64,000 bases of DNA from Squalus acanthias (lineage: Eukaryota), in the NCBI GenBank assembly GCA_030390025.1, contig CM059433.1, positions 4,216,001 through 4,280,000 on the forward strand, read 5' to 3'. The stretch's first letter is position 1; the number at the start of each line of letters is the position of its first letter. Position numbers and translations under genes: made by a program. The notes under the pieces were generated by a model, which worked only from the letters and a program-made list of their open reading frames with translations, was not told the DNA's origin and ran no database searches. Shown one piece after another: positions 63,928 through 64,000 of this stretch.

Positions 63928-64000
63928 ATTTAAATAGAAATATAAAGAATAAACTGTGTATGCTGGAAATCTTAAATAAAAACAGTAATGCTGTCAATGC

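Overview
Eukaryotic, non-genic, transposon-saturated DNA. The repeat repertoire suggests a cartilaginous fish such as a shark (inference). No host protein-coding gene could be supported. The window holds many CR1 LINE pieces (two with 540-570 aa open RT frames), RTE, L2 and another APE-RT LINE family, and GIY-YIG Penelope-like elements carrying minimal hammerhead ribozyme motifs. It also has tRNA-derived SINEs, a 1.14-kb solo LTR, and a Harbinger series: one near-intact autonomous element, one transposase-deleted element, a fossil element and several MITEs. A ~16-kb array of a 13-bp repeat sits inside the tRNA-like head of a SINE, from which it appears to derive. All calls come from reading the sequence by eye, without database searches. 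Boundaries without a target-site duplication (TSD) are approximate.
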